Shown piece after piece: positions 62,470 to 64,000 of a stretch of DNA of 64,000 nucleotides. Numbering within the stretch: the stretch's first letter is position 1; every line of letters begins with the position of its first letter. Source of the DNA: Eutreptiella sp. 'Long Island Sound 2002' (lineage: Eukaryota > Protista > Euglenida); NCBI GenBank assembly GCA_964036045.1, contig OZ038378.1:196850001-196914000 (forward strand), read 5' to 3'. The notes below the pieces were generated by a model, which had not been told where the DNA came from, made no database searches, and saw nothing but the letters and a program-made list of their open reading frames with translations. Made by a program: the position numbers and the translations under genes.

Positions 62470-64000
62470 GTATGCATTTTGCCGAGGCGTTGTTTCCCGT
62501 TTGTCACGCACGGATACGCTTTGTTTTTCGTGCTACTCGACTTGCCGCATGGTTTCCCGCGGTGCGCCCTCCTGCTCTCCGACACGGTGCTTTCGCCGCA
62601 ATGTAGAGACAACAGACACATTCACCAAGGCAAGTTACGACGAGGGAATCCCCTAAGGAAAATACACAACCCACACAACTTCTTCACGTCCCATGGCAAA
62701 AGAATCGTTGTATTGCGCACTTTCTTGACACAATTCCGATACCGCCCAAGGCTTGTCACAAGTGGCATTCCATGCTCCCCGAGTGTTCGCGGGCTAAACA
62801 TCTACTTGTGCGAGGGGCGTGCTACCAATCCAAAACAAATTTTGGATGGTGTTCACGTGGTTGAACTCTTCACCGAATCACTACTGCACCAAACAATGTG
62901 ACGCAAGTTGCTTGTTCGTAGCCTCGGTCTCTCAGTCATCCGACATTCCGAGTCACCATCAACGCGTAAATGAGACAAGTTGCACTACGAAATGTGCTGG
63001 CAAACCGTCAGTGGTTGTCGTGGGCATTTGTTATGGATGTTATGTGTTTCGGAATCTCGTGGTCACCGAGTGTGTTTTTGAATCTTTGTGCGTGACACCA
63101 AGGGTTCTCCCCTTTACCATCAAATCCTAGCATTCCGAAACGAATACTATTGCGGAGGCCCTCCCGGAGGCCACAGCCGGATTTGCGCCTTGTCATGCCC
63201 CCCTTCACGGCCTTACCGGCATCAATGCTTGCTCAATGTAGAGCAATTTGGTTTACACAACACAGCTGCATGTTAGAGGCAGCCTACGAAACTGTGACGT
63301 CAATACAACCACTAGTTGCAGGTGAAGCGTTGGGTTGGGGACGGCTCGTTGCGATTTCAGAACTGGTTTTTCATTCCAAAGACTTCCTTTGGTGCTTGCT
63401 GCTGCAGCCTCACGTGAGGCCAAGCTTGTACAAATGTGGACCCGATGCATGAACATATTTGGTATGATGGTTCGGGGTAGCAAGGGACTTTTGTGTAGAA
63501 TCTTACAACCCCCCAGGTTACAGGTGGGGGGGTTGGGGGGGTTATTATCTTTGCGGGAAGCCCAAAGCCCTCAGCTTCAACTTGTGGGCCACCGTCAGAT
63601 CCTAGCGGTATGGTCATCCAACGATTCGCGGAGTTAGAGGAACAAGCAAGCGATCGGCTTAATGGTTTGCGTTTAACAATTTCATGAATTCTCGAGTGCA
63701 AGGGCGGCTTACCGTGCGCAACACGATCCTATCACCTGACATTACGTGTTGGACAGGCACGCCAGTCTGAGGAGCGACACTTCTTGCAGCACCATGGATG
63801 GTTGGAGGTGTGCGCACCGCGAGGTACCGGAGCGCGTTGTCGGGAGCCGCATGTGCATGGCGTTGTTTTTGACAATTGATTCATCGTCGACCCCAAGTCC
63901 TTTGTGTTCGCTTCTGACAGGCACGCCAGCTTCGCGAGCGAAAGTGCCCCCAATCCTGTACAATTCTTAGACTTGAGGTGTGCCTCGTTTGGCTATTGCT

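Noticed and set aside
1-64000. Genome-wide TGA reassignment
   Set aside because: Only one TGA lies in a well-supported gene, Trp is otherwise encoded by TGG, and the other TGA cases are in decayed sequence. Evidence is insufficient.

Overview
Repeat-rich eukaryotic genomic DNA with conventional GT-AG introns, (CA/TG)n microsatellites and many G/C-homopolymer dispersed repeats. The repeats resemble ones I recall from euglenid (Eutreptiella-like) sequence; that is an inference, not a lookup. Three genes could be spliced by hand with consistent intron phases. (1) A minus-strand gene (13545 to 989, apparently running off the left edge) fusing a class-II/CCA-poly(A)-polymerase-like nucleotidyltransferase domain, a C4 zinc ribbon and the start of an SDR Rossmann fold, with an in-frame TGA at codon 54. 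(2) A long minus-strand gene (about 60925 to 37200 or beyond) for a charged coiled-coil protein built partly from duplicated phase-0 exon modules. (3) A plus-strand CCCH zinc-finger gene (61606 onward). Introns and intergenic DNA hold MITEs, an inverted/direct segmental duplication, minisatellites and decayed mobile-element ORFs (Ulp1/clan-CE protease, RTE-like LINE 3' end, possible DDE transposase). No rRNA, tRNA or CRISPR array could be supported. Most ORFs in the six-frame track are spurious.
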